The notes under the pieces: generated by a model
Seen by the model: only the letters and a program-made list of their open reading frames with translations
Databases searched by the model: none
Told to the model about the DNA's origin: nothing
Program-made: the position numbers and the translations under genes
Assembly: GCF_964204645.1 (NCBI RefSeq)
Contig: NC_134025.1
Location: 2,480,001-2,544,000 of the forward strand
Reading direction: 5' to 3'
DNA: 64,000 nucleotides
Source of the DNA: Tubulanus polymorphus
Lineage: Eukaryota; Animalia; Nemertea
Part shown: one piece after another, positions 1-13,365 of the stretch
How positions within the stretch are numbered: position 1 is the stretch's first letter
Layout of the letters: the number at the start of each line of letters is the position of its first letter

Positions 1-250
1 AATCGCATGCTCAAATCACCGTTCAAGAACAAGTACATCTGATCACCATTGAGACCATTTTGTCAGAATATTTCCTGATTATCTATATACTTAACTACAA
101 TAAAAAATAGGAATTGTCAAAGATTATGGCTTTCTCCAATATTTTGGACCCAATTAAACATAATGCAAGAGTTTTTAAGAATCAAAAGACTACGTACATT
201 TTACATAGGTCTTAATAGTGTACGGAAATGGCTGGGGCTATTTTAGATTA

Positions 251-1580
251 TCAGTCAAAAAGAAATACAATATCTCTAACCAATCTCTCACAATTTGACT
301 TCAAAAACCTGAAAAATGATGGAATAATTCAACTTACAATACGATAAGTACCAAAAGAAACAAATCTCTAGTCGGCAATGTTCATAGTGGCACTCTACTA
401 CATAGTCTCTATGGATGTATACAATCGTAGTTCAGGTTCACCAGGGTTCATGCGAGCATCTATCTTTAACACGTGTCTCGTGTACACTTCGCCATATTGC
501 CAGTCGAACCTGCGGCAATAGGACACTTGAACCTACGAGTAATCAGTTGACATCATGATTGCTCGTAGCTTGAACTTACTTGCATTGTACATATGACGAG
601 TACATAATTTTCTATCATAAATTAGGTCTTGAATAGTTTATAAGTTCTTTATTTGGGGTTTAAGTCATCGAGGTAACCATGAGGTAGAATATACAAGACA
701 TTTTAGGTTTTTGCAATCTAATAATCTTGTTGGGCTAGTTGGAGACATCGGTTTTGCGAAACACATTAGAAGGTCAAAAGCTTTACATATCGAATTAGTA
801 GCTGATTAAAACGAAAATATCGTGTACAACTATTCTGGCAAAAAATCGTTTCAAAATAATGATGATGTTGCTTTACTTAATAACTTATAAACACAAACCT
901 TTCCACCTCATCGAATATGCTCCTTTCTTTCCACCAGTATTTCTAAGCTTTCTTATTACGGTATCTGTTTATGCCTGTTTTGTAGCTCCAGACATAGATA
1001 TCATGATATTCAATGCAATATAACATTTCGACGTTCAAATATAAGTCATTATATAATCACAGGAAGCCATTCTACATCTATGTCAATAATATTTTGCCAG
1101 ATAGCTTGTTTGTGTACACATAGACCTGTGACGTTTTGCACATCGATTTACGGCTGTCGTTTGTAAAATGACGCTGAATGGTTAACATTGTTTAGGTTTC
1201 ATAATGGTAACGTTTTATAAGGCGTCAAAAAACCAAACGAAATCTAGCAATTGAATAAATAACAGGGTAAATCCCTTTTTCAAGATCCAAAAAAACTAGG
1301 GATATGCATGTAAGGACAGATACCCGCCGTGACGGAACAAACAGACGTAGTGCATATTGCGATGATGGTACCTTGTATCCATAACTCTTAGATTTCTTTC
1401 ATTTCTTCGTCTTGCACTTTCAGATATAGACATCACATAATGACTGAGCTGATCATTATACGATATTCGCTTAATCCTATATTGTGAATATAATTAATCA
1501 TTAGTTGCGCTTTATGTAAATTGAATTGTCGCACTTGTTGACTTATCAGTCGTGCATACATTTCAGAAAATTCTGCCTGA
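251..1580 (-). pseudogene. Possible decayed glycosyltransferase (GT32/alpha-1,4-glycosyltransferase-like) pseudogene
   Basis: Splice-site-flanked minus-strand segments translate to LFRHGG, DFVWFFD, CKNLKC..SWLP, FDWQYGEVYTRH and FLKSNCERLVRDIVFLFD*. These recall invertebrate GT32 proteins, but upstream segments contain stops and frameshifts. Family assignment is from recollection only. Confidence 0.25.
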
Positions 1581-1959
1581 ACTCGACACGTATACATACA
1601 TTGTACATAAATTGAAACCACTTTACTTTTGTACTCGCTATATTTAGAGAATTTACACTGGCGTGAGCATTTAGAGAGTGTGTGGAAACAACTTTTAGCT
1701 TAAGAACAACTTAATTTAGGAAAGGCGTATTTTGATGTGTTTACTATATGCCACCCATTCGCCCGAATTGTCGCATAAAACATGGCGATTAGATTACTGT
1801 TTAGAATCAAACAAATTACAATTTGGAATTTCTGGCAAAATCATGAAAAGCAAAGTACGTGGCTACATTGTAAACATATTTTATTTGCGACTAAATCCTC
1901 GCGAAATCCCATAGGCATGAATTAAGTAAGTTACACAACAAATTAAATCTGCTTAACCA

Positions 1960-4900
1960 TTAAATAATTACATATATTCCATACTTAGATAAAGATATCG
2001 CTAAAACTATGCCGGTTATGAATAACGAATGAGAAGTGCGTTCTCCGGAACTTCTGAAATATGAAAATCTACGCATGAATATAAAAGACTATGATAGATT
2101 TACATAAAATGTGTATAGATTTAATCATTATATACTAACCTGCACACGTGTCTAACCTTTTTTATCGTCGCAGATTGAATTACTGTCAATTTTCCCGATT
2201 CAGATAAATCTGACAGAAATTTGAAAGTTTGCTCAGTATCGTTTGAATATCTACACGCAACGTCGATAACTGTTTTTAGTAGATCAGGATTCGGAACCGG
2301 GCTGAAAAATAATCATGTATTTCCTGAATGAATCTTTGATTTTAAACCCCTTTAATTTCTCCATATGGCAAAGGACCAAAAATGTGGAATAGCACTGAAT
2401 ATTAAATACCAGATCCTCGTCTTTAAACTGTTTTATAAGTAACGTTTATGGACATGATTCTATCTTTATAAATAAGTTGATTTTTGCACTCTGAATGTAA
2501 ATACTATTGTAACGCAGTTTGTGAGTGAATGCCTGTTTTTCCATGCACGTTCTTGTTGAATTTAATCAATTTATTTGATGTAGCCCACAAGTATTACTTT
2601 TATCTTATCTTCCCTGCTATTTCGATTTGCCTAGACAATCTAACCTTCAAAAATTCACATTTATGCATCTTTATTCTTTCACCAAGAACCTTAGTGTCTG
2701 ATGTACCACAGAATGTGTCTGGGTGGGTGGGTACACTAGGATCGTAGAGCGACGGAGATCACTGTAGAGACAGCCACACTACAGGACAGGGCCGTCGGAC
2801 AGGGGCGGCAGCAGCGGCCAAAGCCGCCCCACTTTTTTGCTTAATAAAGATTTTTTCAAAAGCACGCTGTACCGCGTAGCAGCTCGTTGTTCTCTGTCCT
2901 AGGTGGTTGGCTCACGACTTCTCATGCTACTGTGAATGAGACCGTGAGATGGCCCCAAAACGCATCTCCGGCGATTGAATTTTCAAAACTTTTCTAGGGG
3001 AGGGCTTCCAGACCACCCTTCAGAAATAAGCCTCGCCACTGAAAAATTCCTTCCGACGGGTCTGCAGGACTGGGTGTTACTTATTCTTATCCTTTTCAGG
3101 TAATAAAGATATTAATGATAATAAATCGATGATAATTGAAATAATGCTTACGGTTGTGAGTGTGGATTTTTTTGAAGTTCGGAAAACCAAGTAAGAGCCT
3201 TTTGGATACAAGGCTCGTAACTGTATGTTTTACAAGCAGCAAATATAATCAGCGCTCTCAATCTCCTAGAAATAACGACGAGATATTTTGAGACACTTAA
3301 TGTTCTACGTGTTAAAATGAATGAAAATCCGCTCTGATGTTTCCTGGTATATTGGAATGAATCAAATGACCTAATTCCCAGAATTAGGTCATTTGATTCA
3401 TTATCTTGCAGTTTGGCCGCGAATCAGGTAAGTTAGGAAATTGTACATATTCATTGGTAAGCGAGGGGGGGGGGTGGACCCCCAATTTACCTACCATTGT
3501 GAAGTGCTTTCGAAATGTTGTCTTTCCCAGGACAATTCCTCGTAAAAGTGACGTACGACATCTTCAAAGAATTTCTGTAATAGATAAAAAGAAAAGAGAA
3601 ATTGTGTAGAAGAAATAGTAATATTTGAAGTCTATCTATTGAATATTGTGACGTATCAAAGCTCTATAAGTCAATAAACATTCGGGACTGACGGATACTT
3701 TTTGGAGGTTACTCAAACTAAACGCAAATACTAAGATTTTTGTAGGTACGCGGATATTAAAACTTATTCAGTAGAGCTCACCTAACTCAGACACGGCCCG
3801 ATCACTAACGTTGACTTAAGAGCCGCACCTTACATAGCCGCTACCTATAAACTCTATTAGTGAAATCAAGTGGCTTAAGGACCACCGAGCCCGATCAAAT
3901 GCCAGTGTTCAACTACTTAAGCTGTACAGATTTTGTCGGTTTCAGTTTGTCCGAGTTAGGCGCGGTTAATTAACTGTGCATTTTCATTCGCTTACCAACG
4001 ACAATATATGCTGTTGTACCAGATTAGTTGGAGAACTATAGTAAAAGTAGAATGTCACCCACGGCAAATAATCCCTCTCCTTCTTCAAATAACTCAATAA
4101 TTGTACGGCTATCTTCTCTTTGACATATCCATTTCTACAAGACAATCACGTCTTTTTTAGATGAATGTATTTATCATGTATTTCTAACTGTGGCATTGCG
4201 ATACGTACTGCGCAAGTGAGATGACGTCATCAATTAATGTTGCTCTAGTTACTGAAGAAAACACCTTAAACAGAACAAAATTATTGATAATGTCAATTAG
4301 ATATTATTTTGCTAAGTATGTTTTAAGTTATGGCGCGATTTTGCGTCATAACTTGCGTATGACATACCAGAATGACGGAGGAAATTGATAGTCTACCGTG
4401 TGATTGTTGAGAAGTTGATTGATTATGTTGTTCCACATGTTCTCGTTATAATTTACGGCAACTATTGTAGTTTTATTCGGGTTCACCACAAACCATTCAT
4501 TTTTCCCTATCGACACCTGATATTTTTCTGACAACATGTAGCAAAAATATAAAGTAACAAAAATGTCCGATGCGATCAAATTGATTTCAGGCTAGAAGGT
4601 GTATACCTTTTCTATTTGATAACCATATTCGATCTGGTGTATTTGAACCACCACTGGACAGAAAGTTCAGGGGTATTGACCACGTGTAGCTGAAATAAAC
4701 TTAATAAACTGAGTCTGATAAAAAACGAGATTCTTTACGAGATTGTTTACTTACTTATGCGGGGACGCTGGTATATGTGTGACATTCTCAAAGAATGGAG
4801 ATTGGCTAAGTATCAGTGTTTTTCCTTCCAGCGATACGTTGACGATTGGATAGCTCTGTTGGTCGATCCAGGTCCGTGCAAATTTACGAAAACCCATCGG

Positions 4901-7900
4901 AAATAGTTTAGCATCGCTATACTGTATTGTAAACGAAATGCATAGAAAGTGGAAATATATTATTTATATATATATATGATGAAAAAAATCTATGTTTCAT
5001 AATGAAATTAGTCTGTAGCTATATATATGTATGATACCCTTATGGTTAAATTCGTACCTTTTCAAATGTGTTGATGAAATCGTCATCGGTAATCGTTTGA
5101 AATTTAAACGTCTCTGCGATATCCTGAAAATATCGAAATGATTTAAATATATTCTGATATAGTTTGTGCGATGATGAATGAAACCCTATAGTGTTTTCCT
5201 TCCTATGCACCGCATACCTTTAATATCTGTCTGTACTTATATTCACCATAGATCGATACGGTCATCTGCATGAAGGAATAACCCTAAAATGAATACTGAT
5301 TAGTTTTTCGCTATTTATTACAAAGTCAATTTATGAAATTATGTGGTACACGTGAATTAGATACTTTGCTATACGGAATATTATCAAAGACGGCTTGGAT
5401 TTGACTTGGTTCAACTACATTGGTCTGGTGTAACGGATGACTTCGATTTGATCGGTCAAAACCCATACTTTCAGTGATTGTCAATGTCTGGAAAATATGA
5501 ATATATAAGTGGAAACTAATAATTTCGGATAAATTTCCAGTTATTTTTTCAAATTCTACTCAACTATAAACATCATTTACATCGGCGTATGGTGTGGAAT
5601 ATATAACAAGAATTGTCCACAGGGGCTGGTCACAATTTGATAATGAATGGATGATACCAGTATCCCTGTATAAAAAAGAATTCCGTATTCTTTTTTATAC
5701 AGGGATACTGTTATCCATTCATTATCAAATTGTGACAAGTGGAATTGTCGATTCAACTTACGTGTATATCTGTACTATGAGCGATAAACCTTGTTTTCAG
5801 ACTTATTACAAGGTAATGACAAAATGATTCCTTCAACCATACGTCACCCCACCAGTTCATCGTGACCAGATTTCCAAACCACTGCAAAATTAGTAGCACA
5901 GTTTCATCGTTTAAATACATGAATATTAAACTACATGTACGTACGAAATGCGACTACTTCGGCTGGAAATTTTACGATTCATTAATTCTGATTTGTCCAT
6001 TTACTGTTATAATCTATAATGAACGAAACGTGTCGACGATCGAGAATAAGTTGAAAATGAATCCAGAAAGACATCGATCCACCATTAGCGACGGAAAAAC
6101 GTCCTTAAGGCTATTTCGGCTTAACGTTGTAGACTTTCAACGGGGAAATATTTTAAGAGCATATATTGATCTATTATATGAGGAGTGAAATGGACCGATA
6201 TCGGTATGTTTTATGAGAGTCAATCTAATCACAATCAAGTATTAGCGATTTGCGTGCATTACCATCAATGTATTAGCTGTTGTACCTGGTGGGCGATCTC
6301 GTGTCCTAATGTTACCACTGGGTACGATGTTTGGGGATCCAAATCTATATCGTAGGCAACTTTTGTCTCCCTCAATGTAGTCATACCCCAGTTTTCCATT
6401 CCAGCAAATAGAAACGGATTAACAGCTATAAAATCTTAATAGAAGAAAATGAAAATTTCATGATACATTACGTATTTCTCTCCGACGATAAACTCTATCA
6501 TCTATCAGTAAATGTGAAGTAATACTCTGTAAGTTAACTAGATATTGTGGTAAATGAGTCTCATTTATGTGATGAAGAATCTTCTCTACGTCTAGTTGCG
6601 AAAGGTCGTATTTTCAATCCTAGGATGGTGTTTTTGAATCGGCAGCAAATCTATTATTTCCACCACCCACGAAGTATTGTCTGTCTTCTCATTTACTGTT
6701 TTGAAACCGGAATAACAAAACTCATCTAACAATATATTTCTTATTCTACCTAGTTTATTGAGAGTATATGGAACGCCTATAAAATCTTCCATTCCGTTGA
6801 AGAGTTTTCTAGTAATGTCGAAAGACTCTTGCGAGTAAGCGATATAATCAGAGCGTATCCACATCGATAACTTAAAGAAAAAAAAATCGATTAATACTGA
6901 AGAATTCACTAGTGTAGAAAATGGATATTTACATTTCTGCGAAAATATGACAGGCATACCCTTATTTTATTTCTGCCAACTATCGCTGTCCTATTCTTGA
7001 AATCCGTGTTTAAGATGCTCCAACCTACGATGTACGTGGACATCCGGGGCGTTGTCTCAAATATATCCACCATCCAGTCATCACCACTACCATAATAATA
7101 AAAGTAGAAGTTTGCTTTCACTTTGAAAGACCCTCGTTAACTTTTACGATATTCAGTCAAAATTACCCCGATTTCGTCTCAATGATATCCGTATTGCCGA
7201 GGCTTCGGTAGTCTTTTTTACGAGCGATGTGCAGAGTGAAAGTCGCTTTAAATGAAGGTTCGTCGAAACAAGGAAATGCTTTTCTGGCATGTATCGGTGA
7301 AAACTGAGTAATTATGTAATACCTGAAATTATAACTTATGTTAGGCCAAAGCGGGGCAGAAAAGTGAACGGCCTGAACTACTCGGATCAAGATGCTCTAG
7401 CCCGGCGATTGTCAATTACCAATGGCTACTATAAGGATAATCATTTAAGCAATTAATTAACTAACGATAGATAATTTTTCTGTCCATTTCATTTTATAAC
7501 ATTCACTTGTAACTTACTTGTTAGATCCGTTCCTCGTTGTATAGTTACATAAATACATTCCGAAGAGATCTGGTAAAATTGGACCACTAAAACCTAATGC
7601 TAATCTATACGTGTATCCGGATACTAGGTATCCACTTAGTTTACATTTAAAAAATTCCCGCTCTGTATCCTTGCAGCATGACGTAATTTCCGGTGAGTTC
7701 CCGGTTACTCGGTCGTTTAAACGAGTCAGGGATTCTGGTTGTACGGTTAAAGCTTTCGCGTTTAAAACAATTTCATTAGTTTTATTGATACACTTGATAT
7801 CGATTGTAACAATTCCTTTCGATTTGAAGAAATACGGGTGATCGCCATAAAAATCCGGCCATAGTTCTAATTTATAGTGTACAGGGATAAGATTTTGAGG

Positions 7901-8942
7901 TAGTCTGTATCCTGACTGGTCGGTGCTCGTGTTCACTTTACCGCTTATACACAAACCTTTAATAGATAAAATGAAGAAAAAATAAAAATCTATCAAAATG
8001 TTGATGGTTTAAAAAAAAGATAAATGTAAAAGATGGATGTCTATTTTTAGATGACTTCATATCTTAAACGTTCACGCTTTCATTTTGTCCTCAAGATTTT
8101 CCAACTATCTATTTCTAAACCCGAGTAAATCCTGCAGATTTTAGGAATCTCCCTCCCTCCCTCCCCTCCCCTCCCTCCCCTCCCTCCCTCCCTCTCTCTC
8201 CGAATACTAACGAATTGACGGCTTATGAATGGAAAAAAAAAACTGTCGAATTCGTATTAATTTCTCAATTAACCTTTCAGCCCACCGTTTTATCTTGACA
8301 TTATAACGATCACAGCAGTCAGTTTTACGTGTACTCTGAGTAATAATGTGTCATTTAATAATTCGCCAAGTTTCTGTCATAAATATAGCCTTATTAGCGC
8401 ACTGTAGCTACTAAATTACATTCAATATCAGCAATTCTGTAATCTATATGTCACTGAAATGTACAGAAAGTAAGGTACGCAAATAGAAACAGCACTAAAT
8501 AAAATCCTATTATTCATTCGTTCACGTTGGAAATTTTTGCAAAAGGAGATGCTTCCACGTGGAGACCATCTCCGCAATCAGAATCAGAGTATCAAAATAT
8601 CCACAAACCTGCAAAAATATTTTATGTATCCTAGTAATCTATATGAAAAGAGTACGTATTTCCAATATTATGAAAGTTTTTCTAGATTGCCGGCTAACTA
8701 TTTTATTCCACGTGATAAAATGACCAACCAATTAAATGTAAGTACTCAAATATCAAATCGAATCAGATTTGGAAAATGATTGAATTTGGGAATAAATGTC
8801 ATTCGTACGCAAGAGAACTATAGCAAAAGTGAACTATTTCTCCAAATTTGATATATAAATTATTCGGATAAAAAAGATTTTCTTACGAAACGACGTGCTC
8901 ACCTGTTAAAAGAATAAGAACTGATCGCAGACATAGATCCAT
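1960..8942 (-). CDS. M1 family zinc aminopeptidase (aminopeptidase N-like), ~19 exons, signal peptide and C-terminal hydrophobic tail
   Basis: Exons joined at GT-AG sites give [13 protein letters not shown]|GLC...[16 protein letters not shown]...[24 protein letters not shown]...TPRMSTY...FAGMENWG (AGMEN at 6391-6405)...[24 protein letters not shown] (HEXXH-X18-E)...FDNIPYSKG...WIDQQSYP...RATLIDD...ERDYLPW, ending [22 protein letters not shown] (stop 1960-1962). Confidence 0.93.
2787..3064. mobile_element. Non-autonomous DNA transposon (hAT-like ends) in an aminopeptidase intron
   Basis: Imperfect terminal inverted repeats CAGGGCCGTCGGA...TCCGACGGGTCTG, flanked on both sides by CAGGA (2782-2786 and 3065-3069), a candidate 5-bp target-site duplication. 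Confidence 0.7.
3356..3402. repeat. Perfect intronic hairpin (22-bp arms, 3-nt loop)
   Basis: AATGAATCAAATGACCTAATTC-CCA-GAATTAGGTCATTTGATTCATT. Confidence 0.9.
5629..5736. repeat. Long near-perfect intronic inverted repeat (~50-bp arms), MITE/foldback-like
   Basis: GTCACAATTTGATAATGAATGGAT...TATCCCTGTATAAAAAAGAAT is mirrored by ATTCTTTTTTATACAGGGATA...ATCCATTCATTATCAAATTGTGAC. Confidence 0.85.
8149..8201. repeat. (CCCT)n/(CT)n polypyrimidine microsatellite
   Basis: Direct reading; lies in the first aminopeptidase intron. Confidence 0.9.
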
Positions 8943-9910
8943 CTTTAAGAAGTGGTAATCAATTAGCGATAACTAGAAGAAAAGTCTAGTGAGCCATCTG
9001 CTTAAACAGCTACTGACATTCTGTGAGTTAAGCGCATGAAGGAGAGCTGCATAGAAAGTAGTACCACAACCACCATATCAATTTAACCGACGAAACCAAC
9101 AACAGCTACACCTCAAAGATAACACTCGTCTTTTTGAAATGGTTAATGTTAGCGCGCGTTAAAAATGATTTAAAAGAAGCTGCCTACTGGTAGAATGCGT
9201 TTACAAAATCAGCCACCAAATCCTGAAATATCAGCAAACACTAACAGTAATTAGGTCGTGGGCAGGACTTCGTAGGAAATAGCGAATTAATTATCCCGTA
9301 TCAGTTTAATTAATAGCAACTAGGGACGATTAATTACACTATTATATCTAGTTATTGAATCTATTTTGTTTATATTACATGTTAAAACAGCGTCCACGGG
9401 GTAATAATCTAGTAGTTGAATGATCGAAAATGATAAATGAATGGTTGAATGAAGTTTTTCTTGAGCTAACACAGAACGTGCGCTCTGGAATCATAAACTT
9501 ACGTCATCTTAAAGTGCTTCAATTTAGAAATTGACCTTTTAAAATCTGTCAGCATGTTTCATAATTCAGATGTATGCAGCATCTTTTCATCTTTAACCAA
9601 AATTATTGTTACTTTCATATGTCGAGTACACAAAACATAGAGAATATTTCCACTTCAGTTAACAACCCGTCATCGCTCAGTTTTAAATCGAGTGTTTCTT
9701 GAACTTAATGGTAACTCAGAGAAGAGAAAAAGCGTAGAAACTATCGGCATGTTTTATGAACGATGAAATTTGCACTGAATAACGCCTCTCAGTCTGTCCC
9801 TTACTCCTTGTTGGATAGTCAGTAAACGCGAAGATTGGTGCAACTTAAAAGATTTCATAAAAATACGAGCTATCACTATTAGAGCATATCTTCAACAGAT
9901 CACCACCGAT

Positions 9911-10076
9911 TTACCCGATGAAGCTCTAGTTTGCACTCTAGCAAAAAAGTTGAAATACAAAGTACAACCAATCTTTACTTTTATTAGGCCCTAATCTGAG
10001 AATCAGTAAACGGGTTAAGACTGGTAGGACTTTGTAGCTAGTTAACTTGATGCTACTAGTGCATAATAGCTTCATC
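9911..10076. mobile_element. MITE, same family as 17760-17910
   Basis: Begins TTACCCGATGAAGCT and ends CTACTAGTGCATAATAGCTTCATC, matching both ends of the 17760 copy. Confidence 0.6.
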
Positions 10077-10268
10077 ACACAAATGACTCACTCGATGAAG
10101 CTTCGGTCGCGGAAGCTTCGTCTCCAGTCCAGTTTATTGATTTGACACACTGCTCCTCTACAAATCCTCTTGTCGAATTCATCATCAAAGAACATAATTT
10201 CAAGGAATGGCTTAGGCAACTATTCATAGGTTTATTTATTTATTTACATATCTTCATAAATTCATTTG

Positions 10269-11720
10269 TCAATTCGCACTTGGAATATGTATACTGACTT
10301 TCTTAGGCTTTTTATTCGTGCGAGTCGTATCCGATTGACTACGACCAAGGTTTCCGATACTGTGGTGGTTGTATTCGGGGATGTTGGCTGATTGAACTGA
10401 TTCGATACAGCAATCGGTCAATAATCGACCGTTAGATTTCAAATTCAGTTGTTTTTCCGACATTCCAGTTACATTCTGTTCACATTTTCGCGCGTTCAAC
10501 GAACTTCCAAATTCACCGATGTCATTCAAATTGACTCGGGTTCCCAGGGTAGGCAGCTTATGACCGTTCGGTTTTGAAGAACCATTATGCCCGTAATGGT
10601 TGTATTGTTTTCGCGAACCGTAATGCGGCTGAGATCTAATCTGTTTCCGCACGAGTTCATAATCCTGTTTGACGTCATCGGCGTCGGTTTGGGGATTAAC
10701 GGTAAACGGTCGAAACTGTAGCACATTTGGGAGTATTTCTCGTTCATCCTGTTGGCGCTCTGGGTGATGATCGTCGGGGAAGTTTTTAAAACTCAGTTTA
10801 CGGTCGTCAGGTGAGTTCGCGATCGAACGTCGCTTCAGTTTACCACCAAAAGTAACTGAATGGTGTTTAACGGCTTGTTCTAACGGTAGAGGGCGCGCTC
10901 GGGTTCTGTACCATAGATTATCTTTCATCGTACTGAAATCATATACATTTTCGGCGGAATTAGTTTTGCCCGAATCCACGCAAATGTTGCTCGTTTTTCG
11001 ATGTCGTCGCGCAGTTTTTAAAGCCAGTTCTACGGTCGTTAACGAGTTTGCGGATTTCTTGACGGAACCTTCCATCGATTTAACGCGTTCCGACGAATTA
11101 TCCTTCTCGCGTTTTACTTTGGTTTCTGTAATATTCAAAAACTTGAATATCTTTTTGATGCTTATTCTATCAGGGTCGTCAGGGGTGGCTCCGCCGGATC
11201 GATCGTGTCGGGGAGGAAGCGTACCCCACACTAATGCGTGATTCGTCATCTGAGAGGGGTCCATGTGCTTCAGCGATTTCCAATAAGTCCAGAAATCTCT
11301 GTCTACGGTGTGCAATGAAAGCTTATCATGTTGACACTGTGGTGGCGTTTGAGGCACAGATTTGCTTTTCGCCCTGTTTGCCGGTTGCTGCGTATGAGGG
11401 CGCGAACACAGTTGCTGAACTTTGTTCAATTTACATTTTCTATATATTTTGATCGTCTCTCCTGTCCGTGGCGTGAACGGTTTTCGACATTGAGCTGACA
11501 CTTTCACGCCATTGATACGCGCTTTAGCTAACGGACCGAACGATTTAACGATCTTCATCGGGCTTTCAGTTTCAGACGAAAGATCCGGTTCAATTCTAAC
11601 GAATCTATTTCGTGTTACAGCTAATAGCGGATATTCACTGCGATTATTACCGGTTATTTTACCAGGGGTATTTCTAGCGCTGTAAACGACGTTCATATTC
11701 AACGGTTTTGCCAGCGCCAT
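10269..11720 (-). CDS. Intronless basic, largely disordered protein of unknown function (~483 aa from first ATG)
   Basis: An uninterrupted 1.47-kb ORF in AT-rich DNA is unlikely by chance. It is K/R/S/N/P-rich with no recognisable domain. An AATAAA lies on the minus strand just downstream (~10233-10245). Confidence 0.75.
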   Translation of the reverse strand: MALAKPLNMNVVYSARNTPGKITGNNRSEYPLLAVTRNRFVRIEPDLSSETESPMKIVKSFGPLAKARINGVKVSAQCRKPFTPRTGETIKIYRKCKLNKVQQLCSRPHTQQPANRAKSKSVPQTPPQCQHDKLSLHTVDRDFWTYWKSLKHMDPSQMTNHALVWGTLPPRHDRSGGATPDDPDRISIKKIFKFLNITETKVKREKDNSSERVKSMEGSVKKSANSLTTVELALKTARRHRKTSNICVDSGKTNSAENVYDFSTMKDNLWYRTRARPLPLEQAVKHHSVTFGGKLKRRSIANSPDDRKLSFKNFPDDHHPERQQDEREILPNVLQFRPFTVNPQTDADDVKQDYELVRKQIRSQPHYGSRKQYNHYGHNGSSKPNGHKLPTLGTRVNLNDIGEFGSSLNARKCEQNVTGMSEKQLNLKSNGRLLTDCCIESVQSANIPEYNHHSIGNLGRSQSDTTRTNKKPKKVSIHIPSAN

Positions 11721-13365
11721 TTCATCTAAATTCAAAGCGGTGTTGAATTCTTAAAAAGTACGACAACCATTTGTTTAATCCTTAAAGTCCACAAGCGCAA
11801 CTGATATAGAAACTCACTACGTAGTCTCCGCGTCCCAATACGGCGCCGGGTTTTGTGATCAATCCAATCTGATACAAACACAAGTAAACAACTCAACAGA
11901 TTCCTTTGCGACAATTGATTAATAATTTAACTAGTCTGTCATTATACATAGTTCATTCCATGCCGGTTTCCTGTGTTCACTGTATCCACGCTAAATCTCA
12001 TTTAATTGCCTATAAATGGTTAAATATTTATCAGGTTTCCACATAAGTAGTTTCCAGTATAAAACTCGTCAAGCTTTGAGTTGATGTAAACGTAAGGCTG
12101 TGGTATTCACCGTATTCCACACCAGAAGATGAATGACGTTGCGTTGACAATTTGACGGCCGGTTTCCTTTATGAGTATAACATAATTACAGTATGCTTTA
12201 ATACTAAAAAGCTAATTTGAATATCCGGAATGGTCCTAGCGAAAAGAAGCAATTGGCAATAAATTTCCTGATATCGTAGAGATCACCGTCTTTACGCAAG
12301 ATAATTACAGATCAAGTTGAATTGATATTTCATTTTTATTCGCTATTTCTTCTAAGCCGCTGCAAGTACTGAATGACAGCGTTCGTAGCTAAGTATTCTC
12401 CTATAGAATATCCACGTTTCTAAGTAGTCCGGTATTAGACGATATTCCAACTCGAATATTTACTTTTGATCTGAAGACAAAATACGAGAGTTTTACACCC
12501 GGTTTGAGAAAGTTCACTTTCCCTCTAAACCTGTCCCTGTACTGTGTGTATTGTCGGCTCAATTGTTAAGGATCTATAGAATTTTTTCACACGCTGTCGA
12601 TAGTTCAAATTGAAAATACACCTCCCCGAGCGAAAAATAATCCTAATTTGAAATCATAAAATTCCGAATAAAGTTCTGGAAAGTTGTAGAACACGTAGCC
12701 GGTACGGTATTAATACATTATAGATTAGCAGCGTACGAAAGGTCTGAATTCAAAAAGAAAAAAGATAAATATTTTAGTATCGCGTGTTTAAAACGCAATA
12801 GAAAGGACAAAAACTAAGTTTTTTTACGTTCAAGATTTTTTTTACTAACCATTGCTCAAACATCATTTGTGCCTAGATAAACGATTTTTGATATCCCTCC
12901 AAAATAAGAAAGAGACCACACGATAATGAGAAAATTTTGTACCGATTGATCTCTTATAATAAAAGCAAGAGTCACCTGGCAAGTGTGAAGAATTCATTGT
13001 GTTCAATTTGAATACGTACCAGTCGGAGGTCTAAAATTTGACATTCACGGTAACTATTGACGCGTTATTTAGTCACGGCAAGAAAAATAAAGGTAACAGT
13101 GAAATGAAAAATAATTGTTCATTTGTCATTAGAACCTACAGGTACAAATTAACAGCCGATACGTGATTGAAAAAGTTACATTAGCTTTTTATATTTGATA
13201 ATACAGCTAAAATACTGAATAACTCGTAACTGAATTTGACCTATTGATACACTTAAATCAGAAACTAGCCCGTTATTACACTCTGTAGATAATGATGGAT
13301 AATTTAGGTACTTAGTTTGCCCGTAGTTTGTGTCGTTGGTCGATGCGTACAAACGTGTATCAACC

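Noticed and set aside
6592-6749. ORF read-through after VPYTLNKL
   Set aside because: A GT donor there splices to the AGMEN exon, so the continuation is intron.
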